Source of the DNA: a virus
Lineage: Duplodnaviria; Caudoviricetes
IMG/VR virus record: IMGVR_UViG_3300032312_000225
Location: 1 to 26,348 of that record
DNA: 26,348 bases
Strand: one strand, 5' to 3'
Under the pieces are notes generated by a model that saw only the letters and a list, made by a program, of their open reading frames with translations, searched no databases and had not been told where the DNA came from. Position numbers and translations under genes: made by a program. Of this stretch, positions 1 through 8,331 are shown piece by piece (position 1 is the stretch's first letter; each line of letters opens with the position of its first letter).

Positions 1-82
1 CAATGGTCTTATTTGTAACCGTGCTTGTACTGGTCGTAGTCAGTACATTAGTTGGGGTAATGATGTTTGATAGGATTGACAT
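1..82 (-). CDS. Partial (5' end only) putative tail-associated protein, MSILSNIITPTNVLTTTSTSTVTNKTI...
   Basis: Read manually: ATG at 82 on the minus strand with GGAG ~7 nt upstream; frame open to the window edge; TxTNKT motif also occurs in the adjacent fibre (QTLTNKTL). Confidence 0.7.
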   Translation of the reverse strand, partial: MSILSNIITPTNVLTTTSTSTVTNKTI

Positions 83-111
83 GTGTTACTCCGATTGTGT
101 GAGCAATGAAA

Positions 112-2589
112 TCATGCCCAAGTTCCTACGCTGGTATTACTTCCTGATGCGCTAATTGGGTATATTGAAAAGTAAGCGCCTGAAGCAACAGTCCATGCAC
201 CGCCAGGTGCGGCACTAAGCTGGTACTGCGGAATAAATGTACCGCCAGCATTGATTGACACCGTGCCTGAAATTTTTGCATGAACGACCATAGGGTTAAC
301 TGTAAAGGTGCTGCCTGTAATTGCCATTGCTGTTGCCACTTGCATATAAGTTATTGATATTCCCATTCCCGCATTACTAATAAATGAAGTTGAATTCCCG
401 CTTGCCGACAACACAGAATAGCCTATGTTGTTGATGGTTGCAGTGCCACCAAACAGTAAGCTAAAAATGTGCGCCGTTGTGCCCGTTGATTTGGACAATG
501 GGAAATAGCCTTCAAAAGCATACACCGTACTGCTGCTGAGTGTTACACCTACACCCATAAAGGATTGCGCCGCAGTTGAGTTAGCTCCTGTCAGAGCAGA
601 ATTCAATCTGTAATACTGCATCCCAGGCGTAACACCTCGCTCTAACCCTTGAGGAGTAAAGTAAGAAACTTTACCATCGTACTCAAGTGCGCCAGCAGTT
701 GCAGTTGACAAAGCCGCAGATGTAATCTTTGGAACAGTCAGCGTTTTGTTTGTCAGTGTTTGTACACCGTCCAGCGTTACTGCATTGCCGCCTTGACCGC
801 CAACTTGAGCGTAGACTTCCCATGTTGTTCCGTCATACACAAACTGAACACTGACGCCTGAAAGATCGCATACAAGGTTTTCAGCCAAACCACCAATGGT
901 TGATCCATTGCGGCCCACGGTCAAATTATTTGTACCCCAAAAACTACCTGCATCAGCAATTATTACTTGATTACCAACAGAAGGTGTAGCAGGTAAAGTT
1001 ACAGTAAACGAACCTCCTGAAGTGTCTGCCAATATACCTTGGTTGTTGGTAGCTGTTACAGCCGTTGTTGTGTAGGTGTAAGACAAACCACCAGATGATG
1101 CAACAGAAGAAACCCAAGTTGTGCCGTTGGATGTCAGGACGTTGCCGTTTGTGCCTGGAGCCACTACTTGTACAGCACTTGTGCCGTTGCCAAGAATTAC
1201 GTTGTTGGCAGTCAAGCTGGTTGCACCAGTACCGCCCGATGCCACACCGATCGCAGTAGACGCAGTAACTGTGGTAAATGCGCCTGCTGCTGGCGTTGTG
1301 CCGCCAATCGCCATGTTGTTGATCGTGCCCGCCGTAGCTGGGTTTACAGTTAATGTGCCCGTGCCTGTTGGAGAAATTTGAATTGTGGCATTGGCAGGGT
1401 TCATGTTGAACGCGCCGTCAAGCGTTAAGTTCACGCCGCCGCCGCCGCCCCACTGCAAACAATTTGAGCCGCCAGAAGTTCGCAGTGCGCCACCGCCTGA
1501 ACCACTTGCATCGTAATTAGAACCGCTAAATTTAGTTGACGCAGTAACCGTTGTGCCCGTAATCGCAGCCGCTGTTGTGCCGCCAATAGCGGGAGGCGAA
1601 GACAGATCAAGCGTACCACCCAATGTTAAGTTGCCCGCTGCGGTTACCGTGCCCGACAAACTTATACCATTGACAGTTCCTGTACCGCCGACAGATGTTA
1701 CTGTTCCCGTGCCGCCCACCGAAATGTATTCCACATCTGTAGCGCCGGTATTGACCGCCAACACCTTGCCAGCGTTGCCAGCATAGGATGGCAAAATGCT
1801 AGACCGAGCGCCAGCAGCGGTTGTGGCGGCTGTACCGCCGTTGGCCACAGGCAGTGCTGTGCCGCTGTAAGCAATTGCCAAAGTGCCCGTCGTTGTAATA
1901 GGCGATCCGGTTACTGACAAGAACGACGGTACTGTAGCCGCCACAGAAGTGACTGTGCCACCACCTCCGCCAGTAGCGTTGACCGTTTGGTTAGGCCATG
2001 TGCCTGTGATGGTGACGTTAGTACCCGCAACCAGAGCAGGTGTGGCTGTGCCAGTACCGCCATTGGCAACAGGCAACAAACCAGTAACGCCAGTGGTCAA
2101 AGGCAAGCCAGTCAAGTTGGTGGCCGTGCCGCTAGAAGGTGTGCCCAACGCCCCGCCGCTGGTCAAATAAGACCCCGCAGGCTGCTTGTTGTTGAACGTG
2201 TTCCAGTCGGTTGAGGTCAAGTAACCGTTTGCGCTGGTTGAAGCAGCAGGCAAGCTGATCACTGGAGCCGTACCGCCAGAAGACACTACAGGCGATGTGG
2301 CTGTGACGCCAGTGACAGTGCCAGAGCCTTTACCGTTAAAAGTGTTCCAGTCGGTTGACGTTAAGTAGCCGTTGGTGCTGGTGTTGGCCGCAGCCATGCT
2401 GATTGCAGGTGTTGTGCCGCCGCTAGACACCACGGGCGCTGTGCCAGTGACAGCAGTGACAGCAGCAGTGCCGCGCAGGTTGGCAACCGTTACTTTTTTA
2501 GTCGTGCCGCTTTGGACCAAAGGCACTTCTTCGGTGCCCGCCAGCGGGGTGGTGGCTGCTGGCAGTTGGGAAATCTTGACGTCTGCCAT
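112..2589 (-). CDS. Tail fibre / receptor-binding protein (825 aa)
   Basis: N-terminal ADVKISQLPAATTPLAGTEEVPLVQSGTTKKVT anchor-type motif; Gly/Thr-rich; repeated LPVANGGT and GTVTSV motifs; ADTSGGSFTVTLP...FVYDGTTW module typical of fibres; GGAG RBS. Confidence 0.88.
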   Translation of the reverse strand: MADVKISQLPAATTPLAGTEEVPLVQSGTTKKVTVANLRGTAAVTAVTGTAPVVSSGGTTPAISMAAANTSTNGYLTSTDWNTFNGKGSGTVTGVTATSPVVSSGGTAPVISLPAASTSANGYLTSTDWNTFNNKQPAGSYLTSGGALGTPSSGTATNLTGLPLTTGVTGLLPVANGGTGTATPALVAGTNVTITGTWPNQTVNATGGGGGTVTSVAATVPSFLSVTGSPITTTGTLAIAYSGTALPVANGGTAATTAAGARSSILPSYAGNAGKVLAVNTGATDVEYISVGGTGTVTSVGGTGTVNGISLSGTVTAAGNLTLGGTLDLSSPPAIGGTTAAAITGTTVTASTKFSGSNYDASGSGGGALRTSGGSNCLQWGGGGGVNLTLDGAFNMNPANATIQISPTGTGTLTVNPATAGTINNMAIGGTTPAAGAFTTVTASTAIGVASGGTGATSLTANNVILGNGTSAVQVVAPGTNGNVLTSNGTTWVSSVASSGGLSYTYTTTAVTATNNQGILADTSGGSFTVTLPATPSVGNQVIIADAGSFWGTNNLTVGRNGSTIGGLAENLVCDLSGVSVQFVYDGTTWEVYAQVGGQGGNAVTLDGVQTLTNKTLTVPKITSAALSTATAGALEYDGKVSYFTPQGLERGVTPGMQYYRLNSALTGANSTAAQSFMGVGVTLSSSTVYAFEGYFPLSKSTGTTAHIFSLLFGGTATINNIGYSVLSASGNSTSFISNAGMGISITYMQVATAMAITGSTFTVNPMVVHAKISGTVSINAGGTFIPQYQLSAAPGGAWTVASGAYFSIYPISASGSNTSVGTWA
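2188..2463 (-). repeat. Internal tandem duplication (144-nt / 48-aa period) in the tail fibre
   Basis: gtgttccagtcggttga at 2198 and 2342; protein VTxVTxTxPVVSSGGTxPxISxxAAxTSxNGYLTSTDWNTFNxK occurs twice. Confidence 0.9.
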
Positions 2590-2598
2590 TGCAGCTCC

Positions 2599-2868
2599 TT
2601 AATCGTATGCGACTGTAAACGATGCCGAGGTGCCAGCCAAGACAATGTACAAACCCTTGTTGAAATACAAACCAGCGGGGATGTTCAAGTAGGTTGTGCT
2701 TGCAGTGACAGCAAATGTATCAACCACTTTGGGGTCGCTGGTGCTGGACGCTTGCGAGTCGTAAATGGTCAAAGTGCCGCTGGATGAGGCAGAAACAAAA
2801 ATGCCGTACAGCTTGCCAGCGCCGACTTTGATTTGCGTGGTTGCTGCGGTTTGGGTGTAATTAGCCAT
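2599..2868 (-). CDS. Small putative virion protein (89 aa, beta-rich)
   Basis: ORF with AGGA RBS between the ferritin-like gene and the tail fibre; Ser/Thr/Gly-rich with alternating hydrophobic pattern. Confidence 0.7.
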   Translation of the reverse strand: MANYTQTAATTQIKVGAGKLYGIFVSASSSGTLTIYDSQASSTSDPKVVDTFAVTASTTYLNIPAGLYFNKGLYIVLAGTSASFTVAYD

Positions 2869-2876
2869 GATGGTCC

Positions 2877-3239
2877 TTATGCGAGAAAGCGGAGTTTATA
2901 CAGGGTTGAAAGATACAACTCAACGATATTATCAATGAGCTGCTGCAACGCAGAGTCCGACTTATCGCAGACATCGTAGCGGCCTTTTTCAATTTCAGCA
3001 AGTTGGCCTTGCAAAAACTCAATAATGTTGGTTGTTTTCTTGGCCGCAGGGATTGCAATTGGGCCAATCAGACCGTTGCGGCCTTGGTAGGCTTCGGCAA
3101 ACGCGTCTGCATGGTCGATTATATTGTCGTAGAACGTGTTCAAGGCCACATGTTTACTGTAGCTACGGGTATTGAGATGCACCGAATGGGCCACGTTGCG
3201 GCCCAAGAACAGTATGCCCATCAATTCTGCTGCGGTCAT
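2877..3239 (-). CDS. Ferritin/Dps-like four-helix-bundle protein (DUF5856-like, 120 aa)
   Basis: AHSVHLNTRSYSKHVALNTFYDNIIDHADAFAEAYQG matches the Dps pattern HxxHWN...HxxxxxxY...DxxAE; start overlaps the portal stop (ATGA). Confidence 0.75.
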   Translation of the reverse strand: MTAAELMGILFLGRNVAHSVHLNTRSYSKHVALNTFYDNIIDHADAFAEAYQGRNGLIGPIAIPAAKKTTNIIEFLQGQLAEIEKGRYDVCDKSDSALQQLIDNIVELYLSTLYKLRFLA

Positions 3240-5446
3240 TGTGGCATCCCTTCCATTGGTGGCATAGGTTCCATAGGCTGCGGCATCTCAGGCATACCTT
3301 CCATGCCCACGTCCATTTCTTGACTTGGCATCTCTGGAATCCCGTTCAACTGACCGTTGGATTCCATTGCAGCCGCAACCACACCCATTGCGATGTCTTG
3401 GATCTGCTGTTCGTTCATGCCAGCCTGAGTAGCCGTAATCCGTTGGGTTTCGGCCTGATATGCCTTGATCTCAGCTTCGTAGTCCTTGCGGCGCTGCTCT
3501 TGCACTTCAATAGACTTGCCGACGTTTTGGATCATCTGGTGCATTTGCTCCATCTCAGCACCCATTGCCTCAATCTGCTGCTCTGCCGCCTGCAACTCAG
3601 GCGATTTGTCTTCGCTGGCCAAGAACTTGGGGTCAATCGTCTTCTTAAACCGGGCCGACATCTCTTGAGCACCAGGCCAGTCCATGTTCTTGACAAACAG
3701 GTCACCGGCCACAGTCCACAACTGAGGATTGCCCTGCAACAGTTGTGCCATTGCTTCAAGGGCTTCCTGACGCTTAGTCGCATAGCCTGGGCCGGTGGTC
3801 GCCACCACGTCGTACTTGCCAACGCCGGGGTTATAGATTTTCTCAATCACAACGCCTTCTTGATTGACAATCTTGTTGACTGGTTCAGGCTGGTCAGGAT
3901 TGATCTTGACCATCTTTGTCTCGCCGTCTTCACCGATGATGCGGGCGATGCGCTGGGTGTCGTAAATCTTAGGGATCAGATCCACCAGTTGACGGGCAAC
4001 GTGGCGAACACCGCGCATCAGGTTGTCGCCGTAGTGGTATGTGCCCACATCACCCTCACGCTGACGCGCAAGAATGGCTTTGCCCGAACGCTCGTTGGAA
4101 CCCATGCCCAAAGATGCGTTGTACTGGCCCGTTGTGGATTTGATGTCCTCAGACGCGCCAGCCTTGGCTTGCAACAGGCCACTGGAGGCCATTGGCGGCT
4201 GTGCACGCTGGGGCAGTGGCAAGATAGCGCCTTGGCCGTCTGTAACGTCAGGGTTGACTTCCAGATACGGCCAGTTCTGGGTGTTAGCCGTCTTCCACTT
4301 GTCTTCGTAGCCTTCAAACTGACCACCGTAGCCAATAAACGGCGCTTTGGGCGCCAGCGCCAGCATCTCGGCTTCTTGGCTGACCCAATAGTTGTACATG
4401 CGCTGGGCATCCTTGGCGTTACGCACCAAGCCGGAGACATACAAACGGCCATCGACCTCAAACTCGTTGCCGACAATGCGGATAACGGGGATGTACTTAC
4501 CGGCCCATTCGCGTTCTTCCAGAATTTCGTAGCCGTTGATCTTGCAGTACTTCACCACAGGACGGTCAGACTCACGGCTGCGCTTTGGCTTGCCGTACAT
4601 GTCACGCATCATCTTGTCTTCGGGCGTGCCCTCAAACGCAGTCTGGTTGCCAGGGTACAGGTTCAGCGTGGCTTGGTTGTAGTCGATGTAATAGTAATCG
4701 GCAATGCGGATCGTGTCCTCATTGAGCCAGTTGCTGATCGACTGGTCGCCCACACCCAGCGCCTGCATGGTTGAGATGGGCGTAGCATCGGGGTACATGC
4801 GCTCATACTCATTTCTTGTCACGTCTTCAGTGACAAAGCACCACTTGGCATCTGAGCCAGTCGGGTCTTGAATCATTGGGTCCATGTAGACCGAAAAGCT
4901 GTTGCGAACACGGCCAATCTTAATGTCTTGGTCAAACGTGTTGTCGTTGCAGTACTCCGTCAACAGGCGAATGTAGCCTTCGCCATAGGACACCTGATTC
5001 TCGCAGGCCGTGTCGTAGGCCACGTCGGCATCAGAGATGTACTCAATGTGCCTGATCATGCCGTTAAAAATCTCAGCCACTTCAACGTCGGCGTTGTCGT
5101 CCACCGGAATAACTTTAGCGCCAGGACGGTTTTGGCGCATGTCGTTGGTGACTTGGCGCACATGCTGGGGCAGTTTGTTGATTGTCAGGCAAGGTCGAGC
5201 GTTGATTGTCTGCCCTTGCACCGCACCACGGGTGGCCAGCACGTCGGCAGGCCACTGCCAATGGTTGTCGGGTGAACCTGCGTAGAACCGCAGGTCGTCG
5301 ATCTCGTCTTCACGCGACTCGGCCATGCAAGAAACCGCCATATCCAGTCTGGAACGGGCGGTTGCCAAAATATCAGAGGCACTTTTCTTGGGCTTACCGC
5401 CGTTTGCTACAGCAGCAGCGGCAACCATGCCAGTTGGGTCAGCCAT
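3236..5446 (-). CDS. Portal protein, P22-like (736 aa)
   Basis: QWP, RPCLTINKL, GLVRNAKDAQRMYN, SGKAILARQ, YDVVATTGPGYATKRQEA motifs and Gln/Met-rich C-terminal coiled coil; downstream of terL. Confidence 0.95.
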   Translation of the reverse strand: MADPTGMVAAAAVANGGKPKKSASDILATARSRLDMAVSCMAESREDEIDDLRFYAGSPDNHWQWPADVLATRGAVQGQTINARPCLTINKLPQHVRQVTNDMRQNRPGAKVIPVDDNADVEVAEIFNGMIRHIEYISDADVAYDTACENQVSYGEGYIRLLTEYCNDNTFDQDIKIGRVRNSFSVYMDPMIQDPTGSDAKWCFVTEDVTRNEYERMYPDATPISTMQALGVGDQSISNWLNEDTIRIADYYYIDYNQATLNLYPGNQTAFEGTPEDKMMRDMYGKPKRSRESDRPVVKYCKINGYEILEEREWAGKYIPVIRIVGNEFEVDGRLYVSGLVRNAKDAQRMYNYWVSQEAEMLALAPKAPFIGYGGQFEGYEDKWKTANTQNWPYLEVNPDVTDGQGAILPLPQRAQPPMASSGLLQAKAGASEDIKSTTGQYNASLGMGSNERSGKAILARQREGDVGTYHYGDNLMRGVRHVARQLVDLIPKIYDTQRIARIIGEDGETKMVKINPDQPEPVNKIVNQEGVVIEKIYNPGVGKYDVVATTGPGYATKRQEALEAMAQLLQGNPQLWTVAGDLFVKNMDWPGAQEMSARFKKTIDPKFLASEDKSPELQAAEQQIEAMGAEMEQMHQMIQNVGKSIEVQEQRRKDYEAEIKAYQAETQRITATQAGMNEQQIQDIAMGVVAAAMESNGQLNGIPEMPSQEMDVGMEGMPEMPQPMEPMPPMEGMPQ

Positions 5447-5681
5447 TCAGGACTCCTAATACGTGATGTTCGCGCATCACGACATAATCTTTGCCGCCGT
5501 GTTTAAACTCTTGCCCCACGCCAAAGTACAGATGGTCGCCCACCTTCAGTTCTCTGCAATCAGGGCCAGCAGACACAACTATACCTGTTTCTTGCTTTTC
5601 TGTCGAAAGTAACTCAAACATTGGATGTTTTTCAACATCTACCTCAATGATTAGGCAGTTCTGCATGGCGCGGATGCTCAT
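5439..5681 (-). CDS. groES: GroES/Cpn10-like co-chaperonin (80 aa)
   Basis: IRAMQNCLIIE...GIVVSAGPD...LKVGDHLYF...GKDYVVMREHHVLGVL follows the GroES consensus (GxVvavGpG, vkvGDxV, yliixexdIla). Confidence 0.8.
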   Translation of the reverse strand: MSIRAMQNCLIIEVDVEKHPMFELLSTEKQETGIVVSAGPDCRELKVGDHLYFGVGQEFKHGGKDYVVMREHHVLGVLNG

Positions 5682-5815
5682 TTCTTTTTCTTTTCTGCTT
5701 CACGTTTGACAGAATATGCGATGGCCACAGCTTGTTTGACGGGTTTGCCTGCTTTGACTTCGGCTTTGACGTTTGCTTTGAACGCCGGTTTGGATGCGGA
5801 TTTTTTTAGCGGCAT
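5678..5815 (-). CDS. Small Lys-rich protein (45 aa) MPLKKSASKPAFKANVKAEVKAGKPVKQAVAIAYSVKREAEKKKK
   Basis: Translated manually (below ORF-track cutoff); TGA overlaps the GroES ATG; starts 1 nt after the upstream ORF stop; GKPxKQAVAIA motif typical of small phage proteins near terminases. Confidence 0.8.
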   Translation of the reverse strand: MPLKKSASKPAFKANVKAEVKAGKPVKQAVAIAYSVKREAEKKKK

Positions 5816-5816
5816 G

Positions 5817-5981
5817 TTATTTACCTTTTTTGGCTGGCTTGGCCGTTTTGGCAGACTCTTTAAAGTCTTTGGCCGTAGGCGCTCCAGCAGTGCCGGGTTT
5901 ACGCATTTTCTCGCCAGAACCAGCGGCGATGCGTTCGCGTTTTGCGTTGATATTGGCGTAAAGTCCAGGTTTAGTAGCCAT
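5817..5981 (-). CDS. Small Lys-rich protein (54 aa) MATKPGLYANINAKRERIAAGSGEKMRKPGTAGAPTAKDFKESAKTAKPAKKGK
   Basis: Translated manually; fills the gap between neighbours with 3-nt and 1-nt spacers. Confidence 0.8.
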   Translation of the reverse strand: MATKPGLYANINAKRERIAAGSGEKMRKPGTAGAPTAKDFKESAKTAKPAKKGK

Positions 5982-5984
5982 GAT

Positions 5985-6245
5985 TTAACACTTCCATCGT
6001 TTAAGAGCTGCTTTAGCGCGTTCGCCGTCCTTGGCGTTGGCTGCTACTGCGCCCATCCTTGCACAAAATGAATCCTTGCGGCCCTGATCTGCCTTGGTCT
6101 TAGGGCTAGGCGCTGGCGCTTTGAGGTTTGAACCAGTTTCTCGGTTGTACTTCTCGCGGCCCTTGGCTGTCAAGCCCGCACCCTTGGACACCGGCAGCTT
6201 TTCGCCGCGCCCTACGCTTAACGACACGCTTTTCTTCGTAGCCAT
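5985..6245 (-). CDS. Basic phage protein (DUF6321-like, 86 aa)
   Basis: GAGLTAKGREKYNRETGSNLKAP...RKDSFCARM...ALKRWKC; ATG 6245, 2 nt after the terL stop, preferred over 6263. Confidence 0.8.
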   Translation of the reverse strand: MATKKSVSLSVGRGEKLPVSKGAGLTAKGREKYNRETGSNLKAPAPSPKTKADQGRKDSFCARMGAVAANAKDGERAKAALKRWKC

Positions 6246-6247
6246 AG

Positions 6248-7777
6248 TTAAGACCCCATCCATCCGGTTAATACAGCGCCGCGATCTGCGTTAATTGTGC
6301 GGCGTTCGGTGCGGGGATTGTACTCTCGGGACGCTACAGGGTACGCAAACGTCAGTGCGATCGCGTCCGCAGCGTCGGGAGATGCTACACCCCGTGCTTT
6401 CATGTCTTTTTTAGACTCCAAAAAGATTGAACCTTTGGAGTCTGGCTTCATCATAGGCGAGATTAAGTCAGTTTTCAAGAACCTGTCCGTAGGAATGCTG
6501 GCCGACTTCAACCAATCCTTCATCTTGCCCCACATTTCAGCCCGTTTGTTGCCGTACATGGCCGGGTTGGCTGACTTCCAGCCAAAGTTGACGCCCTTGA
6601 TCTTGTACCGCTGCTCTTTGAGCCGGTCCACAACGCCTGCGCCTAGCCCGCCCTCGTCGATAAACACCATTGCAGGCTTAAATTCCTCAATGGCCTCGAT
6701 GATGTAGCCCACCACCGTCATGGTGTCGTCGCCCCGGTGCCGAATGATGCGCGTAATGTCCCGCCCCTGCCTGACAGCGATCACCGTAGCGTCTGCCCCA
6801 AACCGCGCAGGGTCTACCCCGATCACGATGGGTGCTGACGGGTCTTTGTACTGTGGCCGTTTCATGGCGTCATCGACCACCATGCTCGAAATGAACTGGT
6901 CGTCGCCAATGTTCGGAAATTCGCCGTACACCTCGACGTGCGCTTGGCTGCTATCGGGGCCGTATTCGTCAATGATCTGCTGGTACACCTGCTTGTCCGT
7001 GCCTTCTACAGTTCTGGCGTCCACCACCTTGGTGTCCCAGAACTCACGCTTGCTGTGGAACGTCTCGTAGAAGTACCCGGTGTTGCGTCGTGGGTTGCTG
7101 AACGCCAGCCAAAAGCGGTTGGGTGTGTTCTCAGTAAAGAAACCAGCAGTTACCGCCCAGATGGCGTCCGCAATACCACTGGCCTCGTCAAAGATCACCA
7201 TCACACCGTCAAAGTTGTGTACACCCGCGTACGCGTCTGGGTTTTCTTCCGACCAAAGTCTGCCTTCAACGCCCCAATACCGCGTGCCTTTTTTCAGGTC
7301 GCGTTCGACCAACTCGGTCAGCCACTTGGCGGGCATCAGCCTGGTGGCTGACACTTCGAACCAATGCGAGTTGAGCGACATCGCTAACCACTTGGTGATC
7401 TCGGCCCATGTGACCGATCGTAGCTGGCTTTCTGAGTTAGCCGACACGATGGTGGTCGAGCCAATTCTCGTTGACAGCATCCAGATCACAATCCATGAGA
7501 CTAAGGCCGACTTGCCGATACCGCGTCCCGATGAGACTGCGTGGCGCAGGGTGTCGAAGTCTAGTTTGCTTTTGTTTTGTTTGATGTGGTCGGCAATGCT
7601 TTGCAGCACATCGCGCTGCCACTTGCGGGGGCCGTCAAAATGTTCCAGCGGCGTGCCTGCTTCGCCCCACGGAAAGGTGTACATCACAAACGCCAGTGGG
7701 TTGTCTTTGTACTGCGGCGACCACAGCCGAGCCATCAACTCTTGTTCGTCTTCTGCCGAATAGATAGTCGTCTGCAT
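6248..7777 (-). CDS. terL: Terminase large subunit (509 aa)
   Basis: Walker A SGRGIGKS, Walker B VMVIFDEAS, FSNP coupling motif, nuclease motifs GVDPARFGAD and SPDAADA. Confidence 0.96.
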   Translation of the reverse strand: MQTTIYSAEDEQELMARLWSPQYKDNPLAFVMYTFPWGEAGTPLEHFDGPRKWQRDVLQSIADHIKQNKSKLDFDTLRHAVSSGRGIGKSALVSWIVIWMLSTRIGSTTIVSANSESQLRSVTWAEITKWLAMSLNSHWFEVSATRLMPAKWLTELVERDLKKGTRYWGVEGRLWSEENPDAYAGVHNFDGVMVIFDEASGIADAIWAVTAGFFTENTPNRFWLAFSNPRRNTGYFYETFHSKREFWDTKVVDARTVEGTDKQVYQQIIDEYGPDSSQAHVEVYGEFPNIGDDQFISSMVVDDAMKRPQYKDPSAPIVIGVDPARFGADATVIAVRQGRDITRIIRHRGDDTMTVVGYIIEAIEEFKPAMVFIDEGGLGAGVVDRLKEQRYKIKGVNFGWKSANPAMYGNKRAEMWGKMKDWLKSASIPTDRFLKTDLISPMMKPDSKGSIFLESKKDMKARGVASPDAADAIALTFAYPVASREYNPRTERRTINADRGAVLTGWMGS

Positions 7778-8185
7778 TTACTTAGGTTCCACGTCTGTGA
7801 CGTCTATGACGGGCGCTGCCCGTTTGGCTGCCTCGGCCAATGCACCAGTGATAGAGATGCGCTGCTCGACGTCCACTGAGATAGCCTGCTTGGCGACCCA
7901 GCCGTGCTGGTGCTTCAGGATTTCTAGCGCCGCCTTGGCGTCGCCTTCCAGCGCTGCCGCGTGCATTACCTTAGACAGTGCTGTCTCACCATCAGCTTTG
8001 CCTTTTTGCGCTGCCATCTCGGCAATCGGGTCCAGCACGCACAGTTGTCTGTATTCAGCGGGTAGCAGGCCAGCAGCCAGCGCCAGTGTGTCGCCTTTAA
8101 GGCCCAGCTTGGCTGCGTCGTAAATGCGAGTAAGCGTGGCCTCTGTGGCTTTGATCTCGCGGATTGATAGTGGTAGTGATCTCAT
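7778..8185 (-). CDS. terS: Putative terminase small subunit (135 aa)
   Basis: Directly abuts terL; helical protein with ALEGDAKAALEILKHQHGW motif and a C-terminal IDV tail. Confidence 0.7.
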   Translation of the reverse strand: MRSLPLSIREIKATEATLTRIYDAAKLGLKGDTLALAAGLLPAEYRQLCVLDPIAEMAAQKGKADGETALSKVMHAAALEGDAKAALEILKHQHGWVAKQAISVDVEQRISITGALAEAAKRAAPVIDVTDVEPK

Positions 8186-8212
8186 GTGAGCCGCCGTTAA
8201 TGCGTAAGGCAG

Positions 8213-8221
8213 AGTGTATCA
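8213..8221 (-). promoter_or_regulatory. Candidate extended -10 promoter for the late operon (TG-A-TACACT)
   Basis: Minus strand reads ...tgttgaTACACT 27 nt upstream of the terS ATG, with an upstream T-rich tract; no recognisable -35. Confidence 0.4.
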
Positions 8222-8331
8222 ACATTTTGAAAATAAAAAAATTGTTCGTAAGCCCTACGTTTCTGACTGGCCCGGTCGCTCGGCCCTACCCCCTCCCCAT
8301 CAAAGTTTGTAAGCACTAACCAACCTGGCCA

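Noticed and set aside
112-2589. Diversity-generating retroelement target in the tail fibre
   Set aside because: No reverse transcriptase and no TR/VR pair in the window; the internal duplication differs at non-adenine positions.
3239-4774. 511-aa + strand ORF antisense to the portal, and similar shadow ORFs over terL, pol and primase
   Set aside because: No motifs or RBS; composition matches the reverse-complement frame of a GC3-biased real gene.
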